From the IMG/VR virus record IMGVR_UViG_3300005915_000032, positions 1-46,671 of that record: 46,671 nt of DNA; one strand, given 5' to 3'. Below, one piece after another: positions 1 through 10,080 of the stretch. The notes beneath the pieces are model-generated. The model saw nothing but the letters and a program-made list of their open reading frames with translations. It was not told the DNA's origin and searched no databases. Source of the stretch: a virus. Its lineage: Duplodnaviria; Caudoviricetes. Made by a program: the position numbers and the translations under genes. Each line of letters starts with the position of its first letter. Position 1 is the first letter of the stretch.

Positions 1-181
1 ATTTATTTTAAAGACTTTTTTTATTGCCTGGTTGGTGATAATGAATAGTATAAATGGCTAGTAATCTAGCCTATTAATAATAAGATATTAGCTTATTCAA
101 GCCGATTTAAAGGGTACTAGATATTAACTATAATATTTAAAACGCTTAGAATGGCTTGTGGAGGGACACATAATTAATTAA

Positions 182-586
182 ATGTCAACAATGGAAGATA
201 AAACAGAAGATAAAATTAAATTAGGGAGAAAGCCTAAATTTTCAGATCCAGAGCAACTGCAGACAAAAGTACAGGAATATTTTAGATATTGTAAAGAATC
301 GAAAGATCCTATTTGTATAACTGGATTATGTGTATTTTTAGGAGTTTACAGGGATTATTTATGGAATTTAGAAAAAGAGAATCCAAAATTCTCCGACACT
401 ATAAAGAGAATTAAGGAAGTAATAGCATACAGTTACGAAAAAGGAGGTATAATTGGCAAAATAGCACCTGCCCAAGCTATATTCTTACAGAAAAATATGG
501 GATTCACAGATAAAACAGAAATAGACGTCAAACACTCCGGCCAAGTAGATCTTGGCGGTGTATTTGATAACATTGACAAGGAATAG
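182..586 (+). CDS. terS: terminase small subunit (P22 gp3/Sf6-like DNA-packaging protein)
   Basis: N-terminal GRKPKF..PEQL HTH-like start, 'ITGLCVFLGV', C-terminal 'AIFLQKNMGFTDKTEID' typical of this TerS family; lies upstream of terL. Confidence 0.8.
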   Translation: MSTMEDKTEDKIKLGRKPKFSDPEQLQTKVQEYFRYCKESKDPICITGLCVFLGVYRDYLWNLEKENPKFSDTIKRIKEVIAYSYEKGGIIGKIAPAQAIFLQKNMGFTDKTEIDVKHSGQVDLGGVFDNIDKE

Positions 587-666
587 GCACTATATATAGG
601 GGCGAACACATAGCGAACACCCACCCACCCATCATATTTAGCTAACATTAGGGGTGTATGAGCGAT

Positions 667-694
667 ACTTCGTAAAATGTTTATTAAGTGAAGT
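667..694. other. dif-like tyrosine recombinase (XerC/XerD) site
   Basis: ACTTCGTAAAA-TGTTTA-TTAAGTGAAGT has the 11-6-11 layout and resembles B. subtilis dif (ACTTCCTAGAA-TATATA-TTATGTAAACT). Confidence 0.65.
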
Positions 695-850
695 ATTAAT
701 GTATCGTTCGCATTCTGTTCGCTTATAAATATAAATCGAGAAAATTCCGAGCGACCCCGCGGGTATATCCAGGATAAGTATATATATCGGACAAAAATCC
801 CGAGGGCAATTTTTTACAATCCACTTGACAAAACATTAAAATTGTGTCCT

Positions 851-973
851 ATGTCAATCATCCAAGCCCTGCAGTACTTCATACTATCAAACATCGAAGC
901 CGCAATAACAGCAGGAATCCTTATTATAATCACATATTCGATAGTTCTAATATATATTTATTTTTTGAAATAA
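851..973 (+). CDS. small membrane peptide (40 aa)
   Basis: Hand-translated ATG..TAA, MSIIQALQYFILSNIEAAITAGILIIITYSIVLIYIYFLK; stop abuts next ATG. Confidence 0.5.
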   Translation: MSIIQALQYFILSNIEAAITAGILIIITYSIVLIYIYFLK

Positions 974-974
974 T

Positions 975-1436
975 ATGCCAAGACTAACAAAAGAACAACT
1001 TAAAAAGATAAAAAGCAAAGTATCACTTAGAAAGAAAAAAACCCCAACCACATCAGGAACCCTAGCAGAAGGCTTAGGGAAGAGAGGAACAACATTTGCC
1101 AGCAGAACACTAGGGAAAGGCTTTAAAAGCCTCTCCACCACAGCCAAGAAGAAATTCCTGACAACACTATCCAAAACCGGCTCAGCAGCCAAAGCCGCCG
1201 CAGTATCTAAAGCAGGAGCTGTATCTACAACTATGCTTGCATCCGCAGCCGCACCATTAGCTTTAGGAGTGGCAGGCTCATTAGCAGCCTCTAAGATTGT
1301 AAAAACATCAAGAAAAACAAAGAAAGCCCAAGACAGACTTTCGAAACAATCACAAACAAACCAAGATGTAATACTTAAGAAACTCAGCAAGAAGCGCAAA
1401 GAGAAACGTAAAGCTTTTCTAGCTAAGAAGAAGTAA
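975..1436 (+). CDS. Lys/Ala-rich highly basic protein
   Basis: Very K-rich termini with a central hydrophobic Ala-rich stretch. Confidence 0.6.
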   Translation: MPRLTKEQLKKIKSKVSLRKKKTPTTSGTLAEGLGKRGTTFASRTLGKGFKSLSTTAKKKFLTTLSKTGSAAKAAAVSKAGAVSTTMLASAAAPLALGVAGSLAASKIVKTSRKTKKAQDRLSKQSQTNQDVILKKLSKKRKEKRKAFLAKKK

Positions 1437-1439
1437 TAA

Positions 1440-1568
1440 ATGAAACTAATAACAAAATTCTTCACAGAAAACTTCACCCCCACATCCCTAGAAACAACAA
1501 CACTAAAGGTATTAACACCCACAGCACTAGCTATTGTATTGGTATATATATTAAACAGTATATTTTAG
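1440..1568 (+). CDS. small membrane peptide (42 aa)
   Basis: Hand-translated; hydrophobic C-terminus; packed against previous stop. Confidence 0.45.
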   Translation: MKLITKFFTENFTPTSLETTTLKVLTPTALAIVLVYILNSIF

Positions 1569-1760
1569 TATTATTAATCTTCTATCTAAAGATAGGAAAA
1601 TAGATGTGAGTTCTTAACCTAACTTGTGAGGGGAAGCTATTATATAGCCAAGCCCTCTCTCGGCAAAGCCATGGCGGACAATCCGTTCCAGCACTGGATA
1701 GTGCATGGCGGATGTCTAGCAAAACCGATGCCAAGTTAGGTAGAGGATTAATAATACTAA
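1565..1760 (+). ncRNA. putative structured intergenic RNA
   Basis: 24-bp closing stem 1565-1588/1737-1760 (2 G-U on +) enclosing a GC-richer multi-hairpin core. Confidence 0.55.
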
Positions 1761-1919
1761 ATGAAAAAAGATAAATTAAAAATTGGAGAGTTCACAATAT
1801 CAGAGTCAGTCTATGATAAAGACAATGTATGTATTGAAAAAGAAGATGGAGAAGGAGGAGATTTTAAAATTGTTAAGCTAGAGAAATTTATAAAACTCTT
1901 CTATGAACTAAACTTTTAA
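1761..1919 (+). CDS. hypothetical protein (52 aa)
   Basis: Hand-translated MKKDKLKIGEFTISE...; operon packing. Confidence 0.55.
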   Translation: MKKDKLKIGEFTISESVYDKDNVCIEKEDGEGGDFKIVKLEKFIKLFYELNF

Positions 1920-1920
1920 T

Positions 1921-2073
1921 ATGAATTTTTTAGACCCCCTTTGCCCACATAAAAACTTAGTAGATACAGTCACATATTTATACGGGAATAATTACCACGT
2001 AGGATTCTGCAAAGACTGTATGAGACTATTAAGTAGTGTAGAAGTAAGGAGACCCAATCAACAAAATATTTAA
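1921..2073 (+). CDS. small Cys/His protein (50 aa)
   Basis: Hand-translated; CPH and CKDC motifs. Confidence 0.5.
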   Translation: MNFLDPLCPHKNLVDTVTYLYGNNYHVGFCKDCMRLLSSVEVRRPNQQNI

Positions 2074-2086
2074 AACCTAGATTGCT

Positions 2087-2419
2087 ATGTCTATGAAAAT
2101 AAAACTAAACAAGTTAAAACAACCAAATAAATTTATTTGTTCACACTGCGAATCAATCGCAGTAGCAACAGGGAATGTTATTGATACATACTGCCCAGGA
2201 GAAAAGGATGAATTTAACTACGGAACCTATGAATATAAATGTAAATGTAAGACAACTCAATCTGAACACTTATGGAGAGATCACCTTACAATAGACTTTG
2301 AATGGCAGCTTAAAGGAAAAACACACATTACCCTCCCAAAAGCAATAAACAATGAATCAGGTAATGAAATTGTTATATATAAAGAGAATGATACTTATTA
2401 CATGGAGTTAATAACTTAG
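2087..2419 (+). CDS. hypothetical Zn-ribbon-like protein
   Basis: CSHC...CKC motifs. Confidence 0.55.
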   Translation: MSMKIKLNKLKQPNKFICSHCESIAVATGNVIDTYCPGEKDEFNYGTYEYKCKCKTTQSEHLWRDHLTIDFEWQLKGKTHITLPKAINNESGNEIVIYKENDTYYMELIT

Positions 2420-2425
2420 ATTGCT

Positions 2426-4024
2426 ATGTCTAAACAGCCTACTAAAGCACAAATACAAAAGAACCTTGAAATAATGATACCGAAGTGGCAGAAGAACCCA
2501 CTTCTTTTTGTTGAAAGTATGTGGAAATTAACACCGCAACCAGTAAAACCGCAATATCAGACTGCTGTAAGGATACTTATCGAACAACACAAACTGCAAG
2601 ATATTAAAGCTGAGTGGTTTGAGCCATTTCAGAGAGGTTTACACCTTACCTGGCAACAATGGCTTATATTTCTCTGCATTAAAGCAGCAGTAAACAACAA
2701 GCAGTCGAAACGTATCAGCATCTCCAGCGCTCATGGGATCGGAAAGTCCTGCTCAATCTCACTAGTTGTAATTTGGAGATTATTCTGTTTTAAACTAGCT
2801 CAGATTGGAGTTACAGCCCCAACATCCCAACAGCTTAAGGATGTGTTATGGAAGGAGATGGCTATATGGATAGGAATGATGCCACCTTATTTTCAACCTT
2901 ATTTCGATTGGCAGTCCAATTACATACGTATGTCCCAAGACTCAGAGAAGTGGTTTGCATCCGCGAGGACATCCAGAAAAGACAGCACTGAATCATTGGC
3001 CGGTATTCACGGTCCAGCGGTTACAGTTATTGCAGATGAGGCCTCTGGTGTATTAGATGAGTTATTTAATACTATGGAGGGTTCACTTACTGAAGAAGAC
3101 ATACTTGTAATATTAATTTCGAATCCAACAAGATTAGCTGGTTATTTTTGGGAAACACATAAAAAGCCAGGCATATCAGAAAAATGGCAACATTTACAAT
3201 TTAGCAATATAGACTCACCGGTAGTTAGGGATGATTATGGGCAGGGGATTATAGATAGGCATGGTAGCAATTCAGATGAGTATCGAATCAGGGTCCTAGG
3301 ACAATTTCCGAGAGCAGATGCAGTTGATGATAAAGGTTACACTCCGATACTGGGAGCAAAAGACATCCGTGAAATAGAGAACCCAACACAATTAGAATGG
3401 GTAGGAGAACCTGTTATGGGTATTGATCCAGCAGGGGAAGGACGGGATAAAAGTGTATGGGTAATTAGGGATCAGTTCAAAGCAGCGGTAGTTAAGGAAC
3501 AAAAGACATCCACACCGAAAGAGATTGCCAATATAACAAGAACATTAGCAAAATTACATAAAGTTAAAGCAGAAAGGATAGCCGTAGACTCATTCGGGAT
3601 AGGCTCAAACGTAGCGGCGGAACTAGCCTCAGAGGCTTTCCGAATAAAACCGGTTAATGTAGGTGACACTCCAAAGAAGGACCAAGATAAGGAGCTTTAC
3701 CTTAATCTCCGCTCCCAGTACTTCATGGCACTACGAAAAGCAATCCTTTCCGGATTCGAGCTTATAAGGAATAAGGCTTGGATATATGAGTTACCTACTA
3801 TTAAATATTGTCGGAATGCAAAGTCAAAGATACAAATCATGGCGAAGAAGGATATAAGGAAGGAATCCGGGAAGAGCCCAGATTATGCCGATGCGCTTTC
3901 TTTAACTTATGCAATAGACTCTAAAAAAGGAGCTATTAAAACAACCACTAGGTCACAACGTAACAACCAACCTAACAATCAATCAAGAATTAAAACATCA
4001 AATAATATACATTCAGCTATATAA
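2426..4024 (+). CDS. terL: terminase large subunit
   Basis: Walker A SAHGIGKS, Walker B VIADEA, ISNP motif III, RNase H-fold GIDPA and SPDYADAL. Confidence 0.95.
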   Translation: MSKQPTKAQIQKNLEIMIPKWQKNPLLFVESMWKLTPQPVKPQYQTAVRILIEQHKLQDIKAEWFEPFQRGLHLTWQQWLIFLCIKAAVNNKQSKRISISSAHGIGKSCSISLVVIWRLFCFKLAQIGVTAPTSQQLKDVLWKEMAIWIGMMPPYFQPYFDWQSNYIRMSQDSEKWFASARTSRKDSTESLAGIHGPAVTVIADEASGVLDELFNTMEGSLTEEDILVILISNPTRLAGYFWETHKKPGISEKWQHLQFSNIDSPVVRDDYGQGIIDRHGSNSDEYRIRVLGQFPRADAVDDKGYTPILGAKDIREIENPTQLEWVGEPVMGIDPAGEGRDKSVWVIRDQFKAAVVKEQKTSTPKEIANITRTLAKLHKVKAERIAVDSFGIGSNVAAELASEAFRIKPVNVGDTPKKDQDKELYLNLRSQYFMALRKAILSGFELIRNKAWIYELPTIKYCRNAKSKIQIMAKKDIRKESGKSPDYADALSLTYAIDSKKGAIKTTTRSQRNNQPNNQSRIKTSNNIHSAI

Positions 4025-4026
4025 AT

Positions 4027-6060
4027 ATGCCAAATACAAATAAAACTAAATCTCCAGCAGTAGTAGCCTTAGAAGAAGAAACAAAGGCCGGACAAGAACA
4101 GCCAACTCTAGTTCTATCTCAAGAACAAAAGGATAGGCTCAATGCGAATATTGAAAAAATCAACCGTGCCAAACGTCAAAGAGACCAAAAATATGATTAT
4201 TTCGATAGTAGGACGTATGAGGAGGATTATGTCACTAATGAGCGTGCATCCAATACATATTTAAGACCAAAGATAAATGACGATGAAGTTAGAGTTGCGA
4301 CACCAACCACTGAAAAGCGTGGTGATGTTATCTCTAATGAGGTTCTAGCAATGAATCTTCAACCTGAAGCGGTAGCTTATGACTTAGAGGATAACGAGAT
4401 CAAGGAGCTTGGAAGAGATATGATGGATATTGTTAAGCGTACTGAAGACCTAGAAAAAGCTGAGGATTTTTGGGAAGCTTTTCTTAGAGAGCTTAGGATT
4501 CAAAGAGCTGCTTTTTTTGAAGAAGTAGATGAATACATAGTTATCAACAAGCGACCCACATCACCAAACTCCCCAAATGGATACCAAAAAGAGAAATTTC
4601 CAACTGGTCGTCCACAAATCATCCACAGGGCTGTAAAGAACCATATTTCAGGGATGAGAGTGTATCTTGGTGATATTTCTATACCAGCATATTTATTTCA
4701 GTATAAACAACCATATATATGTGTATATACAAGAAGGACATACGCAGCCACAAAAAGTATTTATCAGAAGTGGTCCAGATGGGAACACGTAAATGCCGGG
4801 AAAGGATCGGGTAAAACTGAACTTAATCCTATGAATTATAGGATGAATGATATTGGGGAACAAGAAGTGGAGGAAATTAAAGTCCTCGATCCAATCAATA
4901 ATGAATACGATATTATACTTAATGGTATTCCAATGATGGAGAACTCAACTCCGTTACCTTATACTGTGTTACCTGGTAGAAGATATAACATACAGATGAT
5001 TGTATCGAAGATGGTATCACCAGATTTTGCATACGGAAAAGCAGATGTAGCCACCGCTAAGACATTACAAGCTGTTGATGAGGAAATATTAAGAGATATA
5101 ATTAGGAAGTTTAGGCAAGGTATTGATCCTGCACTTGGGACCACATCAGGACAGATTTACTCTAAGGATATACTTGAGGCTAGTAATGTAGTTGAGGGTA
5201 TTGAACCTGGTGATATATTTAAACTTGATCCTGAGAATAAAGGTGTTACAAATTCAGAATTTTCTGTTTATCAGCTTATTAAGAAGGAGGTTGAGGAAGC
5301 TATTGGGCAAGGATCACTACAGTCAGGGCAAGCAGCCTCAGGTGAGCAAACAGCTACAGAAATTGAGCAATTACAGACCAATGCGCTTAAACAACTAGGT
5401 ATGATTGTTGCAGCATTTATGAGAGCTAAGAGAGATGCACCATTACTACGTATTTATAATCTTTGGGAGAATTTTACTAAACCGACAAAGAGGTTACTTG
5501 ACCCTACATCTGAGATTATTACTGATGTTTTTGAAAGATTTACTATAACCGCTGGAACATTTTCTGATGGTACTAAAGGTAAAAAAGTAGTTCAGTTTGC
5601 TGATAGGCTACCAACACCAGAAGAAGAAGGGGCTATGTTCGATTTCGAACAGAGTGAAACAAAGAAAGGAAGACCTACAAGAATCAGGGTTATAAATGTT
5701 AAGGCTTTAGCAAAACTACCTATAATGATGCACATTGTAGTTAATAGACAAAGGAGAGAAGGTTCAGCCCTTGAAAGAATAATGTCACGAGAGAGATTCC
5801 AGGAGGCAGTAGAAATAGGACAAGTAATAGGAAGACAGCCAAACCCTGATAAAGTTATTGAAGAGTTTAATAGCGTACATCAAGTAAGTGATTATTTCTT
5901 ACCACCACAACAGCAAGGACAGCAAGCATCACCAGAAGAACAACAGTTATCCAATGAAATAGGGAATGCAGATAGATCAGCTACCGGTTCAAAGATGACA
6001 GAGGGAGTAAGAGCACCAATACAAAGACAATCATTATCAGAGCTAATGAAAACTAAATAA
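4027..6060 (+). CDS. portal protein (P22-like)
   Basis: 677 aa directly after terL; 'QTATEI' motif; Gln-rich C-terminus. Confidence 0.85.
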   Translation: MPNTNKTKSPAVVALEEETKAGQEQPTLVLSQEQKDRLNANIEKINRAKRQRDQKYDYFDSRTYEEDYVTNERASNTYLRPKINDDEVRVATPTTEKRGDVISNEVLAMNLQPEAVAYDLEDNEIKELGRDMMDIVKRTEDLEKAEDFWEAFLRELRIQRAAFFEEVDEYIVINKRPTSPNSPNGYQKEKFPTGRPQIIHRAVKNHISGMRVYLGDISIPAYLFQYKQPYICVYTRRTYAATKSIYQKWSRWEHVNAGKGSGKTELNPMNYRMNDIGEQEVEEIKVLDPINNEYDIILNGIPMMENSTPLPYTVLPGRRYNIQMIVSKMVSPDFAYGKADVATAKTLQAVDEEILRDIIRKFRQGIDPALGTTSGQIYSKDILEASNVVEGIEPGDIFKLDPENKGVTNSEFSVYQLIKKEVEEAIGQGSLQSGQAASGEQTATEIEQLQTNALKQLGMIVAAFMRAKRDAPLLRIYNLWENFTKPTKRLLDPTSEIITDVFERFTITAGTFSDGTKGKKVVQFADRLPTPEEEGAMFDFEQSETKKGRPTRIRVINVKALAKLPIMMHIVVNRQRREGSALERIMSRERFQEAVEIGQVIGRQPNPDKVIEEFNSVHQVSDYFLPPQQQGQQASPEEQQLSNEIGNADRSATGSKMTEGVRAPIQRQSLSELMKTK

Positions 6061-6075
6061 GATAAATAAATTGCT

Positions 6076-6510
6076 ATGTTTAATCCACTGAAATATTTTA
6101 AAAGTAACAAACAACTTAAACAAGAATTGAAAGAAACAAAAGAAAAGCTAAAAGACTATAAAAAGGTCTGCCACTCACTTTTAGAGAAATCAACACCAGA
6201 AATAGTTATAGAAAAATTACTAGACCGTCCTATAAAATGGTATGACCAAACAAAACTAGCCAAAGATGAACAGCTAGGATATTACACTGAAGCACAGGCA
6301 ATCCTCAGATCACCAGTATTCAAGAATGAGAAGGAAGCATTCATCACCGACCTCACCAAAGAGATAGCAACGAAATCACCAAACCATGAACACACCATAG
6401 CGCTAAGATATTCAATCAACGGCATTCAGACTTTATGGGAGAGATTCGGAAATATAAAAAATCCAGAAGTAACCCCGAAAGAAAGTACGGACCCACATTC
6501 ATCACTTTAA
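6076..6510 (+). CDS. hypothetical head-module protein
   Basis: ORF between portal and scaffold. Confidence 0.6.
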   Translation: MFNPLKYFKSNKQLKQELKETKEKLKDYKKVCHSLLEKSTPEIVIEKLLDRPIKWYDQTKLAKDEQLGYYTEAQAILRSPVFKNEKEAFITDLTKEIATKSPNHEHTIALRYSINGIQTLWERFGNIKNPEVTPKESTDPHSSL

Positions 6511-6575
6511 TAATTAAATAGCTCACAGTCACCTACGGACTTGCAAGCGTAGAGAGGAATTGAGCAACCAAAAAC

Positions 6576-7253
6576 ATGCCAGAAGAAATTACACTGGACG
6601 ACGGTACAAAAGAAACCGTCTATTTCCAGGACGAGGTTGACGGCTTTAAAGCCGGAGCCGAAAAAAACAAAGAACGTAAAGAGATTCTTACAAACTTGAA
6701 ATCATCATTAAAACTAGATGAAGATGAAAATTTAGTTGATGTAGTCAAAGAATTATCTGAATCAAATTTTGCTAAGTATCGAGCTAAAGGAAAAGCAGAT
6801 GCAAAAACAGCAAAAAATGCAGGGGTAATAAATGATGAAAATGGTAATCCGATTAATGAAAATCAACCATTATCAGGTGATGAAATTAACAAACAGATTG
6901 ATGAAAAAGTAGCAGCAGCAATTAATAACGCAACAAATTCAGCTGTTAGAACACAAGCACTTTCACAATTTTCACAAGAAGATCAAGATGTAATTAAACC
7001 ACATTTTGATAAATTAATGACAAGCTATCCAGATGATTTGCAAGACAACATGGAAATGGCTATCGGGAAAGCATTCCCAAATGGAACACCAGATACTATT
7101 CGACAAACATTGAGTAGTGCTGGAGGCCTAGGCCCTGTTGTTAAACCAGCAGGTCAAAAAGATAGTTTTACCGATACAGATGAAGGTAAACAAGCATTAT
7201 CAGATTTATTGCCAGACAATGTTAAGAAGGCAATAGCTGATAAAGAGAAATAA
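6576..7253 (+). CDS. putative capsid scaffolding protein
   Basis: Acidic, helical; position between portal and capsid. Confidence 0.55.
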   Translation: MPEEITLDDGTKETVYFQDEVDGFKAGAEKNKERKEILTNLKSSLKLDEDENLVDVVKELSESNFAKYRAKGKADAKTAKNAGVINDENGNPINENQPLSGDEINKQIDEKVAAAINNATNSAVRTQALSQFSQEDQDVIKPHFDKLMTSYPDDLQDNMEMAIGKAFPNGTPDTIRQTLSSAGGLGPVVKPAGQKDSFTDTDEGKQALSDLLPDNVKKAIADKEK

Positions 7254-7278
7254 TAAATAACATTAATTTATCAAATAT

Positions 7279-7860
7279 ATGGAAAACAATAAAACAAACG
7301 CAGATCCATTAACACCTGAAGAAAAAAAGGACGAAATGGTCCCACTATCAATGCTTCAGGATATGATGGATGAGATCAAAGAATTAAAAAAAGGTCAAGT
7401 TGAATTAGCTAAAAAGGGAGATAAGACTGATGAAGAACCAGAGAAGGTTCAAGGAGACACTATGAGACTTCTTGAATACACCAATCAATTAGTAGTAAGT
7501 TTTAATGAAGAAAGAGGCACTTGGAAAAAATACGATAAAGAAAGAAGAGAAGATAAAATCTACATGGAAGTGATGCTACAAGACAAGGACAAGAAACAAA
7601 CAAAGATTGAAGTAGATTACATGGACTTAATGCAAGAAGGAAAGTTGGTTGATTGTGAAGTAACAGACACAAAAGTTACACCTATTGAGGATAAAGGAAA
7701 ATTAATTAGAACTAGAGAGGTGCGAGATTATAAGACTGTAGAGACCAGAAACAAGGTTAGACAAGTTGTTAAATCTCAAGACGTACTAGTTTCATTAAAA
7801 GTTCCTGCACCTTACAACACTGAAGTAGTTCTAAATACTAAATACGTTAATATCAAATAA
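7279..7860 (+). CDS. hypothetical protein
   Basis: 193-aa ORF in operon. Confidence 0.65.
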   Translation: MENNKTNADPLTPEEKKDEMVPLSMLQDMMDEIKELKKGQVELAKKGDKTDEEPEKVQGDTMRLLEYTNQLVVSFNEERGTWKKYDKERREDKIYMEVMLQDKDKKQTKIEVDYMDLMQEGKLVDCEVTDTKVTPIEDKGKLIRTREVRDYKTVETRNKVRQVVKSQDVLVSLKVPAPYNTEVVLNTKYVNIK

Positions 7861-7861
7861 T

Positions 7862-8368
7862 ATGACAAAAGATAAACAGCTAGAAGCTGAAAAGAAAAAC
7901 TCTATCCCACAGAATCAATCAAAATTAGCGAAGGATTTACTAAAAATCATTGCTGAATCTGATGTGAGACTCGGAGATAGATTATCTGTTGATGAAGAGC
8001 ATATTAAGTATAAGGAAGCCACCTTGAAAATGATTAAACTAATGTTTAATAAAGATGTAGACTTACTAGAAGTAGAAATTCTATTTCAATTAATGCTACA
8101 GGCTATAAGTGTTTTCAGGGGGACAGTAATGGGATCAATCGAAGTTTCACAAAATCAAGCATTGAAGAAATTCTGGGGCAAACACCCAGATGAACTTACA
8201 ATGCAAGATATTGAGAAGAAGTTGAAGGAAGATTGTTACACATATAATATGTATAAGTGTATAGAATGTGGAGTTCAGGATGATAAAAGGATTGAAAAAT
8301 GTTCGGTTTGTGGCGGTGAAATAAAGAAGATAGAAGGAAAAACAAGAAAGGATTTTAAAAGAGGATAA
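7862..8368 (+). CDS. hypothetical protein with C-terminal Zn ribbon
   Basis: CIECG...CSVCGG. Confidence 0.6.
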   Translation: MTKDKQLEAEKKNSIPQNQSKLAKDLLKIIAESDVRLGDRLSVDEEHIKYKEATLKMIKLMFNKDVDLLEVEILFQLMLQAISVFRGTVMGSIEVSQNQALKKFWGKHPDELTMQDIEKKLKEDCYTYNMYKCIECGVQDDKRIEKCSVCGGEIKKIEGKTRKDFKRG

Positions 8369-8540
8369 ATAAAGATATATGGTAGTCAAACACATTGACT
8401 ACCACAATCTCGAGTTATCCGAGTTAGATAACAAAACTTCATGGAAAGCAACCATCGCATCAAAGGCTATTCTTTCCGGAGAAGACACTCCGTCAAAAAC
8501 GTATTGAGAGAATTTTATTAATTATTAATACAAAAAAATT

Positions 8541-8966
8541 ATGTTTTTAAGAGAAACAGGTAGACCGAGATTATATTCGTTGACTAATACTATTACAACT
8601 GATTATAATCTAGGTGATTTGATTACTGCAGATGCATCTGGAGGTTTTATTCCAGGTGACGCTACTTCAGGTGATTTTTACGGAATTGCTGCTGAAGAAC
8701 TTTCTTCAACAGATGATAGATATATAACAGCAGGAGAAATCAGTGTAGACCTTTTAAGTCCAGGTGACTTAATCAGATGTGATGATGTAGATGGTACTTT
8801 AACAGCCGCAATGCAAGGAACAACTATGGACCTTTCAAATGCAGAATCAGTTAATGCTGCTGGATCATCTAAGCTAGTTGTTACTTGTGTTAAATACATT
8901 TCAGCTACTGAAGGTATTTTCATGATTAACGCTTTAGCTAATGTATATAGAGTAGCCACAACTTAA
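8541..8966 (+). CDS. capsid decoration/cement-like protein
   Basis: 141 aa, beta-rich, 'FYGIAAE', immediately upstream of the major capsid gene. Confidence 0.6.
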   Translation: MFLRETGRPRLYSLTNTITTDYNLGDLITADASGGFIPGDATSGDFYGIAAEELSSTDDRYITAGEISVDLLSPGDLIRCDDVDGTLTAAMQGTTMDLSNAESVNAAGSSKLVVTCVKYISATEGIFMINALANVYRVATT

Positions 8967-9002
8967 TCAAGGTAAAATTATTATTAACTAAAATTTACTA
9001 TT

Positions 9003-10007
9003 ATGTCTAAAACAAGATTAGTTAGTGCTTATGCCTTCGATGAGTTGACAGATTTGATTGATAAATCATTTTTAGTAATTCAACAATTCGAACCTAAGGC
9101 AGCAGAGCAGTTCTATATTCGACAAACTATTCCAGCAGGAACAGGCGAATTTAGAAGATTTGACGAAATGGATACTGAGGATTTCGCGCGTACAATGGAA
9201 GAAGGCGAAGATGCTTCAAAAGTAACAGTTGCGCATGGTTATAATAAAACTATGCAAATGAAACGTGTTGCTTCTGAAATCGACATCACTTTCAAAATGC
9301 GTTTGACAGGAAAGGATAAAGAAATCCAAAACAAGATCACAAGCTTAAATCACTATTGTCCACAGAGGAAAGAATTAGATTTGACTCACAAATTTACATT
9401 CGCAACAGCTACATCTTATGTAGATATGGATGGAAATACTATTGATAACACTGGTGGTGATAGTTTACAGCTAGCTTATTCAGCTCATACTCTAAAACAT
9501 TCAAGTTCTACTTGGAGAAATAGAATCGCTAATGATCCTGCATTTTCAACTGGATCACTAGAGTTAGCTGAAGAATTAGCTTCAACTAACATTTTGAACA
9601 ACCTAGGTGAAACTAGAGAATTTAATTTCAATGTTATTTTCTCAGGTAAACATCCTCAAACAGTTCGAGATATTAGAAAAACTTTAGAAAGTACTGGTGA
9701 TGTTGATGAAGTAAACCCAAGTATTCTAAATACTTACACAGGTTACAGACAAATTGTTCTACCGAAATTGGCTACTGATGCAAACGGTGCTTACGATTCT
9801 GCAAAACGTAGATGGTGGGGTATTGCTGCAATGGGTCAACTTCAAGCTTACTACGGTGTTTGGGAAGAAAACAACCTTAAATCTCCAACAAGCATGAACA
9901 ACGGAGAAGACATTCATAATGATAACTGGACTTACGGTTCAAGAATGAGTTACAACTCAATCTTCGTGAGCGCAAGAGGTTTGATTATGAGTTGTCCAAC
10001 TAGTTAA
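9003..10007 (+). CDS. major capsid protein
   Basis: 334 aa; 'GGDSLQLAYSAHTL' resembles the Mu-gpT-like 'DG..LFS..H' capsid motif; followed by a strong hairpin. Confidence 0.8.
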   Translation: MSKTRLVSAYAFDELTDLIDKSFLVIQQFEPKAAEQFYIRQTIPAGTGEFRRFDEMDTEDFARTMEEGEDASKVTVAHGYNKTMQMKRVASEIDITFKMRLTGKDKEIQNKITSLNHYCPQRKELDLTHKFTFATATSYVDMDGNTIDNTGGDSLQLAYSAHTLKHSSSTWRNRIANDPAFSTGSLELAEELASTNILNNLGETREFNFNVIFSGKHPQTVRDIRKTLESTGDVDEVNPSILNTYTGYRQIVLPKLATDANGAYDSAKRRWWGIAAMGQLQAYYGVWEENNLKSPTSMNNGEDIHNDNWTYGSRMSYNSIFVSARGLIMSCPTS

Positions 10008-10020
10008 ATTATTCTTAACA

Positions 10021-10068
10021 TATAGGTTATGGGGAGTCATACGACTCCCCTAGGCGGTGGTGGACCTA
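10021..10068 (+). terminator. post-capsid stem-loop
   Basis: GGGGAGTC-ATAC-GACTCCCC inside TATAGGT...ACCTATA; no clear U tract. Confidence 0.45.
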
Positions 10069-10080
10069 TAATAAAAAAAT

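Noticed and set aside
825-853. TTGACA promoter
   Set aside because: No convincing -10 at 16-18 bp spacing
1660-1730. c-di-GMP-I riboswitch (GCAAAGCC match)
   Set aside because: Upstream GGCAAAC/GNRA P2 element not found
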